From: Candidatus Omnitrophota bacterium
GTDB lineage: Bacteria > Omnitrophota > Gorgyraeia > Zapsychrales > JBDRMG01
DNA length: 49,854 bases
Direction: 5' to 3'
NCBI GenBank assembly: GCA_043812495.1
Contig: JBDRMG010000057.1
Coordinates: 1 to 49,854, forward strand
Part shown: positions 1-8,800 of the stretch, one piece after another
Numbering within the stretch: position 1 is the stretch's first letter
Layout: each line of letters begins with the position of its first letter
Notes under the pieces: generated by a model
Seen by the model: only the letters and a program-made list of their open reading frames with translations
What the model was told of the DNA's origin: nothing
Database searches by the model: none
Program-made: the position numbers and the translations under genes

Positions 1-38
1 TGTTTCTTCTTTTTAGTGTTAGAATGCTTTAGCTCCAT
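1..38 (-). CDS. 5' end of a CDS running off the window (MELKHSNTKKKK...)
   Basis: ATG at 38-36 on the minus strand, AGGAGG RBS at 48-43, frame open to the window edge. Confidence 0.55.
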   Translation of the reverse strand, partial: MELKHSNTKKKK

Positions 39-165
39 ATGACCTCCTGTTTTTTGTTTGTTTCCACTTACAAATTAACAGTTTTTTTGGTCTTTGGAGC
101 TTTTTTCTTATTTTGTCTCACTTAATGTTACAATCTTTCAAAACAGCATAATTTCTTTTAAAGCC

Positions 166-193
166 TTGCCTAATCGTCTTTCGATGATATAAT
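166..193 (+). promoter_or_regulatory. sigma70-type promoter upstream of tRNA-Lys
   Basis: TTGCCT-16 nt-TATAAT with extended -10 TG. Confidence 0.55.
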
Positions 194-207
194 AGGGCGG
201 AAATTTC

Positions 208-293
208 GGGCATCGCGACTTTTTCTTTTCAATAAATTATGGAAAGTCGCGATGTGCCCTCAAACTTTTCTTGGAATGAAATTGTGGAAGTTT
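208..293. repeat. two adjacent hairpins in the tRNA-Lys leader (acttttc...tgtggaagt hairpin family)
   Basis: gggcatcgcgactttt/gaaagtcgcgatgtgccc (208-259) and aaacttttc/gtggaagttt (262-293); similar hairpins recur at 44674-44711 and 45356-45844. Confidence 0.7.
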
Positions 294-296
294 TTC

Positions 297-369
297 GGGC
301 CATTAGCTCAGCTGGTAGAGCAGGACACTCTTAATGTCAAGGTCGGAGGTTCGACTCCTCCATGGCCCA
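297..369 (+). tRNA. tRNA-Lys(CTT)
   Basis: GGGCCAT/ATGGCCC acceptor stem, anticodon loop CTCTTAA, T-loop TTCGACT; no encoded CCA. Confidence 0.95.
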
Positions 370-370
370 G

Positions 371-818
371 GCTTCGCTCGAACGTTTTCACGTTCGAGCT
401 TCGCCTGGCTGCGTTCAATGCTTGCGCATTGAACTTGCCAAGTGAATAAATACTGTGCGAAGCCTGGAGTCAGGCGAAGCTGAACGCGAAAGCATTTCAG
501 CGAAGACTGACCCAGGTAACCGATATAAGAAGCTTCGCTCGAACGTTTTCACGTTCGAGCTTCGCCTGGCTGCGTTCAATGCTTGCGCATTGAACTTGCC
601 AAGTGAATAAATACTGTGCGAAGCCTGGAGTCAGGCGCTAGGCTTCGTTAAAGCGCTTTCGCCTTTAACTTCGCCTGGTTGATAGTCCGGCGAAGCTCAG
701 TACAAAAGTAACTGAGCGAAGACGGAAAGCCAAACACGAAAGTGCTTCGGCATAGCTCAGCATCCTTCGAAGCATCCTGAGCAAGGTCGAAGGACATTTC
801 AGCGAAGACTGACCCAGG
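371..818. repeat. tandem array of REP-like hairpin units between tRNA-Lys and the GIY-YIG gene
   Basis: 371-476 identical to 532-637 (106 bp); catttcagcgaagactgacccagg at 493-516 and 795-818; second unit carries extra inserts 638-726 and 743-794. Confidence 0.9.
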
Positions 819-833
819 CAGAACAATAAATGG

Positions 834-1082
834 ATGGAATATACGGTTTATATTCTAAGAAGCAAATTAAATCCTGAGAAGTTTTATATTGGCTATACAA
901 CAGATTTAAAGAAACGATTAAAGAATCATCAACAACCGAACGAAAGTGCTTATACAAGACGATTTGCTCCTTGGGAGCTTGAAACATACGTTGTTTGCAA
1001 GAATGAACAAACAGCAAAGAACTTTGAAGAGTATCTAAAAAGTCATTCAGGAAGATCGTTCTTAAGGAAAAGATTGATTTAG
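834..1082 (+). CDS. small stand-alone GIY-YIG endonuclease (UPF0213/SLX1-like)
   Basis: YTVYILRS...FYIGYTTDLKKRLKNH...YT...PWEL...FEEYLKS motifs, 82 aa. Confidence 0.9.
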   Translation: MEYTVYILRSKLNPEKFYIGYTTDLKKRLKNHQQPNESAYTRRFAPWELETYVVCKNEQTAKNFEEYLKSHSGRSFLRKRLI

Positions 1083-1117
1083 CTTTCAGGTTTCTCTTGA
1101 CCAATAAGAAATAATCA

Positions 1118-1945
1118 ATGCCCAACAAATCACCCAACATCACCGACCTCAAAGAAAAAGCCATTCAATTTCGCAAAGAAATTCTGACGGTCACCCATCA
1201 GGCAGGGTCGGGCCATCCCGGCGGTTCCTTATCGGCTGTCGAGATTTTCATATCTCTCTATTTCTATAAGATGCGCCACAAGCCACAAGAACCCAAATGG
1301 TCCGAGCGGGACCGACTGATTATATCCAAAGGTCACTGCACGCCTGTGGCGTATGTGACTCTCGCCAACTGCGGATATTTTCCAAAAGAAGAGCTCAAGA
1401 CATTTCGAAAAATAAATTCCCGTCTTCAGGGACATGTTTCTGTGCTCACGCCGGGCATTGAATTCAATACAGGCTCTTTGGGTCATGGGCTTTCTGTGGC
1501 CAATGGTTTGGCCTTGGGTGCTAAATTATTGAACAAAAAATTCAAAACATACTGCGTTTTGGGTGACGGAGAGATTCAGGAAGGATCCATTTGGGAAGCC
1601 GCCATGGCTGCCGCGCATTATAAGCTGGATAATGTTTGCGCGATTATTGATTATAATAAAATTCAGGAAAACGGACCCGTTAAAGATATCAAAAACCTCG
1701 AGCCCTTAAAAGACAAATGGACAAGTTTTGGATGGAATGTCCTCGAAGCCGACGGCCACGACTTTCAAGCCCTAATGAACGCTTTAGACAAGGCTGATAC
1801 CGTCAAAGAAAAGCCGACCGTTATTATTGCGCATACCATCAAAGGCAAGGGTGTTTCTTTTATGGAAGGACAATCCGCCTGGCACGGCAAGGCCCCCAAT
1901 GAGGAGCAATTAAAAAAGGCACTTGAGGAGTTAGATAAAAAGTAG
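1118..1945 (+). CDS. transketolase N-terminal (TPP-binding) subunit
   Basis: SGHPGGSLS, DRLIISKGH, TGSLGHG, GDGEIQEG, HTIKGKG motifs. Confidence 0.95.
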   Translation: MPNKSPNITDLKEKAIQFRKEILTVTHQAGSGHPGGSLSAVEIFISLYFYKMRHKPQEPKWSERDRLIISKGHCTPVAYVTLANCGYFPKEELKTFRKINSRLQGHVSVLTPGIEFNTGSLGHGLSVANGLALGAKLLNKKFKTYCVLGDGEIQEGSIWEAAMAAAHYKLDNVCAIIDYNKIQENGPVKDIKNLEPLKDKWTSFGWNVLEADGHDFQALMNALDKADTVKEKPTVIIAHTIKGKGVSFMEGQSAWHGKAPNEEQLKKALEELDKK

Positions 1946-1958
1946 CTTTCTGAGAAAA

Positions 1959-2918
1959 ATGACTATGGATGCAAAACCAACACGAGACGGATTCGGGCAA
2001 GAACTGGTTGCCTTAGGCAAGGAAAACAAAGGCATTGTCGTTGTTTCGGCCGACTTGGAAGACGCTACGCGCGCGGAATATTTCAAAAAGGAATTCCCGG
2101 AGCGTTTTTTTAGCCTCGGCATAGCCGAACAGGATATGATCGGAACCGCGGCAGGCTTGAGTCTTCATGAGGAATTAATTCCCGTCGCCAATTCGTTTGC
2201 CGTATTTCTAACCAACCGCGCCTACGACATGATCCGTATCGATATTTGTTACAACAATAGAAATGTCAAGCTGGCTTGTTCGCATGCCGGCGTGACAGTC
2301 GGAGAGGACGGGGCCACGGCCCAATGTTTGGAAGATTTTGCCTTGATGAGCGTCTTGCCGAATATGAAAGTCTTGTGTCCCGTGGATTTTATCGAAGCGA
2401 AGAAAGCAACGCGCGCGATGATGAATATCAAAGGACCGGTGTATATACGCTTGAGCCGGGCCGCGCTTCCCATCATCACCAAAGAAAATGATCCCTTCGT
2501 AATCGGCAAGGCCGTTATGATGCGCGAAGGAAAAGATGTGACGCTCATCGGTTGTGGGCTCATGGTTTCTGAATCTCTTCAAGCCGCCGACATGCTTAGA
2601 AAAGAAGGTATTGAGGCGCGCGTGATCAATATGCATACGCTCAAACCCCTGGATGAGGACATGATTATTCGATGCGCCAAAGAAACCGGTGCCATCGTTA
2701 CCGCCGAAGAACATCACATTCATGGCGGATTAGGTTCTTCTGTGGCGAGCGCAATCGCGCAGCTCAAACCGGTACCTGTTGAGATGGTCGCCATGAAGGA
2801 CGCCTTTGGTGAATCCGGAGATCCGCAAGGGTTACTTAAGAAATATCATTTGAAGGATGTCGATATCGCCGGAGCCGCTAAGAAAGCAATGAAGAGAAAA
2901 GGAAATATTATCATTTAA
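1959..2918 (+). CDS. transketolase C-terminal subunit
   Basis: GIAEQDM, GEDGATAQ, TAEEH...GGLGS motifs; last codons and stop overlap the repeat at 2899-3005. Confidence 0.95.
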   Translation: MTMDAKPTRDGFGQELVALGKENKGIVVVSADLEDATRAEYFKKEFPERFFSLGIAEQDMIGTAAGLSLHEELIPVANSFAVFLTNRAYDMIRIDICYNNRNVKLACSHAGVTVGEDGATAQCLEDFALMSVLPNMKVLCPVDFIEAKKATRAMMNIKGPVYIRLSRAALPIITKENDPFVIGKAVMMREGKDVTLIGCGLMVSESLQAADMLRKEGIEARVINMHTLKPLDEDMIIRCAKETGAIVTAEEHHIHGGLGSSVASAIAQLKPVPVEMVAMKDAFGESGDPQGLLKKYHLKDVDIAGAAKKAMKRKGNIII

Positions 2919-3005
2919 TTTGCTTGGCCCCTCGCTCGCCACTGAATCAATGGCGGGCTCGGGGTCAATTCGCCCGCCACTGATTCAATGGCGGGCTCAT
3001 TGAAA
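2899..3005 (+). repeat. intergenic composite hairpin element, copy 1 (AAGGAAAT...GGGTCAATTC...GCTCATNGAAA)
   Basis: aligns with 43068-43198 (-) and 48695-48800 (-); contains two gcccgccactga(a/t)tcaatggcgggc-type hairpins. Confidence 0.88.
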
Positions 3006-3017
3006 AGGCAAGAATTA

Positions 3018-4154
3018 ATGGAAAAGACAAAGATTCAGTTACTAACGGATCTCGGTCAAAGCCTTTGGCTGGACAATATTAATCGCTCAATGATCGCAAG
3101 CGGCAAGCTGAAGAAATTGATCGATCAGGGCATCTTGGGCTTAACGTCTAATCCGACCATTTTTAATCAATCCATCAGCTCAAGCGATGATTATGATGAG
3201 AGCATCTTTAAGCTCAAAGAAGCCGGCCAGACCACGTTTGAGATTTATGACGAGCTCACGGTTCGTGATATTCAAGACGCGGCTGATTTATTCAAGCGCG
3301 TCTACGACGCAACGGACAAAAATGACGGATATGTCAGCTTGGAAATCAATCCGCTTTTGGCGCATAATAAAGAGGAGTCCATCCAGGAAGGATTAAGGCT
3401 CTTCGGCAAGGTGAGACGTCCGAATCTGATGGTCAAGGTTCCCGTGACGGATGTCGGACCGGATATCATCGAAGAGCTGACCGCTCACGGCGTCAATGTC
3501 AACGCGACCCTGATTTTCTCTCCCAAAAAATATTGGGAAACCGTATCGGCTTACTTCCAAGGCCTGGAAAGATATCAAGCGTTGAATTCCGATTTACGGC
3601 ATGTTCGCTCTGTCGCCAGCATTTTCGTGAGCCGCATCGATACGGCCGTGGATCGTTTAATCGAGCAAGAAATTAATGTCAGCGAAGAAGGAGAAATGAA
3701 GAATCGACTCCAATCCCTTAAAGGCAAGGCCGCCGTCGCTAATTCCGTGGTTATTTTCGAGAAATCTCGACAGATGTTTTCCAGTAATTATTTCCAATCC
3801 CTTCAGGAGCACGGCGCATGCATCCAGAGAGTTCTCTGGGCTTCGACAGGTACAAAAAATCCGGCCTATCGTGATATCAAATATGTGACAGAACTCATCG
3901 CGGATCCGACCGTCAACACGTTACCGGAAAAGACACTCGGCGCTTTCGTGGATCATGGCGAAATCAAAAAGGCCAACTTCGAGGACGTCAATCAGGCTCA
4001 GGATATTTTTGGCAAGTTAGAACAGTTTGGTATCAAAATCGATGATGTCTATTCCAAATTGCTGGAAGACGGCGTCCATGCTTTTTCCAAATCGTTTCAG
4101 GAATTATTGAACTCGATTGAAGCAAAGGCAAAAATCCTCTGTGCAAAGATCTAA
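3018..4154 (+). CDS. tal: transaldolase (long type)
   Basis: GQSLWLDN, GLTSNPTIF, DGYVSLEI, MVKVP, NVNATLIFS, VASIFVSRID, LWASTG; start placed at MEKTK because the ATG at 2988 lies in the repeat. Confidence 0.93.
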   Translation: MEKTKIQLLTDLGQSLWLDNINRSMIASGKLKKLIDQGILGLTSNPTIFNQSISSSDDYDESIFKLKEAGQTTFEIYDELTVRDIQDAADLFKRVYDATDKNDGYVSLEINPLLAHNKEESIQEGLRLFGKVRRPNLMVKVPVTDVGPDIIEELTAHGVNVNATLIFSPKKYWETVSAYFQGLERYQALNSDLRHVRSVASIFVSRIDTAVDRLIEQEINVSEEGEMKNRLQSLKGKAAVANSVVIFEKSRQMFSSNYFQSLQEHGACIQRVLWASTGTKNPAYRDIKYVTELIADPTVNTLPEKTLGAFVDHGEIKKANFEDVNQAQDIFGKLEQFGIKIDDVYSKLLEDGVHAFSKSFQELLNSIEAKAKILCAKI

Positions 4155-4929
4155 TCGCAAGAAAACTTCGCTTTCCTTCCTTTTGCGTATCTTCCCGATA
4201 TTCATTTTTATTTTCGCTTGTTGTTCGTTCCTCTTGGCGCAGGAAGAATCAACTCAAAACGCAATCTACCAGAATGTCGGGCATTTCTGCAAAAATAAAT
4301 CAACCCTTCTTGAAGAAAAATGTTATGAGGCCTTTATGGCCAAGGCGATGATTGATGCCCTGATCAATCAGGAAAGAAGCCCAAGCGAGATTTATAGCAA
4401 AATTGCCGACCATTACGGCGCTAGCCATGTCTTGAACGAAGAACTCCGCAGGGAAGCAGAGTTGGATTTGGCTAAACCAAAACCTCGCCTTGAGGTTGAA
4501 GGAACCTATTTTCGTTTTGACAAATTTTCAAGATCAAAAGGTGACATCCGGGATTATTATATTCCCGGCAATAAAGGAAATCCCCCGTATTTGATCCCGC
4601 CCAAACTACAGCAAAGAATTCAGCATCGTATTTCTATCAGCAATAAAGGCGAAGGGCCGCTTGTCATCAAGCGTATGGCCACCTCATGCGCATGCATGAC
4701 CGTTTCTCTCGTGACCCAAAAAACTCAGAGTGAGTTTATCGGTCCCGAAGGAACATCCTCGGCTTGGAGCCAGGAGCTACTAGCCCAAGAAACGGGCCAT
4801 ATCGATATGACCCTGGACCTTCTTCATCCGGATGTCCGGCCGGGACCTTTCCGGGAAGACATTTTTATTTTGAGCAACGATCCACTCAGGCCGCAACTCA
4901 AGATCACCATCGAGACGGAAATTGAATAA
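4117..4929 (+). CDS. exported protein with C-terminal DUF1573-like Ig domain
   Basis: N-terminal hydrophobic segment; NKGEGPLVI...TSCACM...ILSNDP pattern; true start uncertain. Confidence 0.65.
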   Translation: MKQRQKSSVQRSNRKKTSLSFLLRIFPIFIFIFACCSFLLAQEESTQNAIYQNVGHFCKNKSTLLEEKCYEAFMAKAMIDALINQERSPSEIYSKIADHYGASHVLNEELRREAELDLAKPKPRLEVEGTYFRFDKFSRSKGDIRDYYIPGNKGNPPYLIPPKLQQRIQHRISISNKGEGPLVIKRMATSCACMTVSLVTQKTQSEFIGPEGTSSAWSQELLAQETGHIDMTLDLLHPDVRPGPFREDIFILSNDPLRPQLKITIETEIE

Positions 4930-5050
4930 GGGTCAACTGGGTTGCTTATCCAACATAGGCAAACTATGAAGAATCGGAAGGCAAGTTTTTGTTTTTGATT
5001 GTGCTGTCTATGGGAAATTGTTATAATTAAAATCAAGAAAGAGATTTGTT

Positions 5051-7270
5051 TTGAATATGCCTATGAATAGAAACGAAATATTGAATTCCATAAGAAAAAA
5101 TTATCCACCGTATGTGGGATTTTGCCTATTTCTGATTATTTGCTTTATTAGCGCTATGTTCTTTGTCAATCTGGTTGTCCAACGTCAAAGGACTCTTGAG
5201 CGTATTAATTTCCTTACGCGCGTGCGTATTCTTGCCGCTGCCGTTGATATTGACAAGGTCAAGGCTTTAACAGGTTCCGTAGACGATGAGATCAAGCCGC
5301 AATACATCCGTCTACGCCAACAATTGTCGAAAGTCATTGAGTCAAATCCTAAAATGCGCTATGCCTATATGATGGGCATGAGAGACGGCCAAGTGATTTT
5401 TCTTGTCGAGAATATTGAGACCGAAGAAGAAGAGGAGGGATCAAATCCCGGAGATATCTATTATGAGGCCTCTGATGAATTAAAAGACTTATTCAACAAA
5501 GGGGATGGTCTTATCGAAGGTCCTTTGGCGGATCGATGGGGGACCTGGGTTTCAGCTCTTGTTCCTATCAGAGACGACCAAACCCACGAGACCCTTGCTG
5601 TCTTGGGGCTTGATATTGATGCGGATGTTTGGGAGGAGGGCATTTCTTTTCATCGATCTTATGCGATTGCGTTATCCGCTTTCTTCTTCAGTATTATCAT
5701 CGTTATTTTCTTTTTTAGTCAAAGACACAACATGATTGCGTTACGGATGAAAATTAGCGAAGAACGCTTTAGACATGTTGCTGATAGCAGCGGTGATTGG
5801 ATTTGGGAGACCGATCCTAACGGACTCTATACTTATTGTAGCCGTGCCGTCAAAGACATTCTGGGATATGAAGCCCGGGAGGTGATCGGAAAAAAATATT
5901 TTTATGATTTTTGTCTTGCCGAGGAGAAAAAAATTATTCAAGAAAGGGCTGAACGGCAAAGCCGAGAGAGAGTGAATTTTTTTCATGAGATCGGCAATCG
6001 ACAGCACAGAGACGGCCGTATGGTTATTCTAGAGATTAAAGGGTATGCCTTAAGGCATAAGGATGGCCGCCTCCTCGGTTATCGCGGAATCGACCGGGAT
6101 ATCACAGAGCAAAGGCGCATCGAAGAAGAAATCATGAATTTGGCCAAGTTCCCCTTGGAAAATCCCAATCAAGTGTTGCGCATTGACCAAAACGGCCTGA
6201 TTCTTTATGCGAACAAGGCTAGCGAGAGATTCTTGAAGCATTGGAAGAGAGGGATTGGAGAAACAATGCCTTCGGATTGGATTGAGCTTACCAAGGACTG
6301 CCTCAGGCTCAATCAGGTCAAAGAATTCGAAATAACGTTAAGTGAACGAGTTTATGCATTTGCGGCAACGCCTGTGAAGCAATCCAATTATGTGAATATC
6401 TACGGGTCGGATATAACTGAAAAGAAGAAAATGCAGGAGAGCCTGGAAGAAAATCGATTGGCCTTGGAGGCGGCCAACCGAGACCTTGAGATTAATGAAA
6501 AGGCCTTGCGTTCTCTTCTTAAGGATATGGAGCAGGCCAATCGAGAATTAAAGGAAACCCAGGATAAACTGATCCAAAGCGAGAAGATGGCGACGGTCGG
6601 AACACTGTCAACGGGAATTGCCCATGAAGTCAAAAATCCCCTAGCCATTATTTTGCAAGGGATCGAACGGATCGAGAAAGATTTCAATAAATCCAAGACT
6701 ATTAACCAGCAGTATGTGACGATGGTGCGTGATGCGGCGGTGCGGGCGAACAAGGTTGTTCAGGCCCTCTTAAAATTTTCCCGCTCGTCAAAACTGGAAA
6801 TGGAAACGATCGATATCCATAAGGTCATCGACGCGACGGTCGATTTGATCGCTAGCGAAGCCTCCGCGCGAAATGTCGAGATCATTTGTGATTATCCTGA
6901 GGATGATATCTATATACCCGGCGATCAAATTCTTTTACAGCAAGTCTTCCTGGATCTTTTTAAGAATGCGGTTGATGCCATGCCCGAGGGCGGCACACTC
7001 TCCGTTATGACACATTTGATGACTGAAGAGCAGGAAAAACGAATGAAACGAATGCTGATTGTTAAGGTCGCGGATACCGGCATAGGAATTGCTCCCGAAG
7101 CTATGGCGCGTGTTTTTGACCCCTTTTTTACGACCAAAGAAGTGGGAGAGGGCACAGGGCTGGGTTTGAGCACAGTGTATTTGATTCTTGAGCGGCATGA
7201 AGCGACAATCAGCGTACAGAGCAAACAAAATGAAGGAACGGTTTTTACTTTAACATTTCCACTTTCATGA
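5051..7270 (+). CDS. membrane-bound PAS-domain sensor histidine kinase
   Basis: two TM segments, PAS/PAC, GIAHEVKNPL H-box, N/G1/F/G2 boxes (DTGIG, FFTTK, GTGLGL); start may be ATG 5057 or 5063. Confidence 0.95.
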   Translation: MNMPMNRNEILNSIRKNYPPYVGFCLFLIICFISAMFFVNLVVQRQRTLERINFLTRVRILAAAVDIDKVKALTGSVDDEIKPQYIRLRQQLSKVIESNPKMRYAYMMGMRDGQVIFLVENIETEEEEEGSNPGDIYYEASDELKDLFNKGDGLIEGPLADRWGTWVSALVPIRDDQTHETLAVLGLDIDADVWEEGISFHRSYAIALSAFFFSIIIVIFFFSQRHNMIALRMKISEERFRHVADSSGDWIWETDPNGLYTYCSRAVKDILGYEAREVIGKKYFYDFCLAEEKKIIQERAERQSRERVNFFHEIGNRQHRDGRMVILEIKGYALRHKDGRLLGYRGIDRDITEQRRIEEEIMNLAKFPLENPNQVLRIDQNGLILYANKASERFLKHWKRGIGETMPSDWIELTKDCLRLNQVKEFEITLSERVYAFAATPVKQSNYVNIYGSDITEKKKMQESLEENRLALEAANRDLEINEKALRSLLKDMEQANRELKETQDKLIQSEKMATVGTLSTGIAHEVKNPLAIILQGIERIEKDFNKSKTINQQYVTMVRDAAVRANKVVQALLKFSRSSKLEMETIDIHKVIDATVDLIASEASARNVEIICDYPEDDIYIPGDQILLQQVFLDLFKNAVDAMPEGGTLSVMTHLMTEEQEKRMKRMLIVKVADTGIGIAPEAMARVFDPFFTTKEVGEGTGLGLSTVYLILERHEATISVQSKQNEGTVFTLTFPLS

Positions 7271-7302
7271 TTTGAGTGGTTATCGACAAAGGAGGGTGTC
7301 AG

Positions 7303-7818
7303 ATGTCAGAAAAGAAGAAAATTGTGATGATCGATGATGAGCCGGATCTTTGCCTCTTGGTCAAGGGCAACCTGGAAGAAACCGGGGAATTTAACGTTGT
7401 GACGCATTCAGACCCTTTAACGGCCGAGGCGTTGATCCAGCAAGAAAAGCCGGATTTGGTTCTTTTGGATAATGTGATGAAAGGAAAAAAAGGATCCGAG
7501 ATCGCCCAGGCCTTAAAGAAGAAGGATGAAACAAAAGAGATCGCAATCATTATGGTTAGCGGAAAAGGGGAGATGGTCTATTCTCGCAAGAGAGACCAGT
7601 TTCAATGGCTTCCCAATAATCCTATGGCTCAGTCCAGAGGCGAAATCGTCGAGGGCAAAGATCCTCAAGTCTTGTCCACGGCTTACGGAGTCGATGATTA
7701 TGTGTCAAAACCGTTTACGACCGATCTTCTTATAGAAGTGATCAATGATGTTCTCAAGAAAAAGCAAAAACAGAAAGAGAAAGAGACCGAAGAAGAGAAT
7801 AAACCGGGCATCGGGTAA
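7303..7818 (+). CDS. single-domain response regulator with internal insertion
   Basis: IDDE, PDLVLLD, IIMVSG, YVSKPF receiver motifs; GGAGGG RBS before ATG 7303. Confidence 0.9.
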   Translation: MSEKKKIVMIDDEPDLCLLVKGNLEETGEFNVVTHSDPLTAEALIQQEKPDLVLLDNVMKGKKGSEIAQALKKKDETKEIAIIMVSGKGEMVYSRKRDQFQWLPNNPMAQSRGEIVEGKDPQVLSTAYGVDDYVSKPFTTDLLIEVINDVLKKKQKQKEKETEEENKPGIG

Positions 7819-7862
7819 ACATTTGAAACGCATCTCAAAACGAGTCAAGTCATCTGAAAACT

Positions 7863-8120
7863 ATGATCAGAGGTATAGGGCAAACTATCTTTATTGTCAT
7901 TTTGTCTGTCGTAAGTCTTTCGCTGGGATTATTTATCATTTTTCGGCCGTTACGCGTATTTGAGATTCAAAAAAGGTTTTATGCGCTCATCAACTGGAGA
8001 ATTGAACCTATTTCTTTGCCCAAAGAGATAAGAAACACAAAATTCATGGGGCTATTTTTGGTCGTGTTCGTGGTGGTTCTATGGATTGCTCTGTTCTTTC
8101 TTGAGTCTTTATCCCGTTAA
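7863..8120 (+). CDS. small membrane protein
   Basis: 85 aa, two hydrophobic segments, co-oriented with neighbours. Confidence 0.7.
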   Translation: MIRGIGQTIFIVILSVVSLSLGLFIIFRPLRVFEIQKRFYALINWRIEPISLPKEIRNTKFMGLFLVVFVVVLWIALFFLESLSR

Positions 8121-8137
8121 ATTATAATAAGTTAACA

Positions 8138-8166
8138 TTGATTAGTTGACTTAAAATCATTATAAT
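8138..8166 (+). promoter_or_regulatory. sigma70-type promoter
   Basis: TTGATT-17 nt-TATAAT. Confidence 0.5.
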
Positions 8167-8215
8167 AAAATCATTCTTCATTTTAAAAAGATAATTGATA
8201 AGAAGGAGACGATAT

Positions 8216-8617
8216 ATGGATAGACAAGGGCGAAGGCTGTTTTCGCGTAATGAATATGAGAATAAAATACTAGCAATCGTTTTTATCGCCGCTAGTTTCC
8301 CGGTCATTCTCGTTATTGCGTTTTTCTATTGCATCTTCAATGATTTAGTCTACAACCATCTTCAGACGAGCATTGCTAGTCAATTTCTTCACCAGCTGAT
8401 GGTGCTGACCGTCATCCTTCTATTTTTCTATTTTCTTTTTGTAGGAATGCTGGCTTACTATTTTGCGCATAAACTGGTCGGGGCTTTTCCGCGAGTTATC
8501 AAAGAAATGGACGAACGGATTCAAGGAAAGACCAAGACGCATATCCTGGTGCGTCGCGGTGATTACATTAAAGATTTCGTGAATCGCGTCAACGCGCTCA
8601 TAGATAAAATTCCTTAG
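8216..8617 (+). CDS. two-TM membrane protein with HAMP-like C-terminus
   Basis: AAGGAG RBS; two TM segments followed by HKLVGAFPR...VRRGDYIKDFV..VN. Confidence 0.75.
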   Translation: MDRQGRRLFSRNEYENKILAIVFIAASFPVILVIAFFYCIFNDLVYNHLQTSIASQFLHQLMVLTVILLFFYFLFVGMLAYYFAHKLVGAFPRVIKEMDERIQGKTKTHILVRRGDYIKDFVNRVNALIDKIP

Positions 8618-8800
8618 AGTTCTTCTTTTTGCACTCCTTGCCGCAAACCGTTGAAATTAAAATGAGGACCTTATCGTTTCCGAACAAGCTGCGCGAGGAT
8701 CCTTCCTTTGCGTGCTCTTACCGTACGACATTTCAATTTCATTCCTCAGGTGTTGTTTTTCTTAAAGAAACCTTCTTTAGGGGTTGAGGAGGCTTAAAAA

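Noticed and set aside
252..449. 65-aa ORF, and similar ORFs across 41718-41933 and 44502-45975
   Set aside because: They read through tRNA genes and repeats, with no RBS or recognisable motifs.
371..818. CRISPR array
   Set aside because: Two long units with nested hairpins, not short repeats with unique spacers; no cas genes in the window.
2988..3017. N-terminal extensions of tal, PilZ (41779), permease (48778) and cimA (34308)
   Set aside because: The upstream start codons lie inside repeats or neighbouring genes; downstream ATGs fit the family N-termini.
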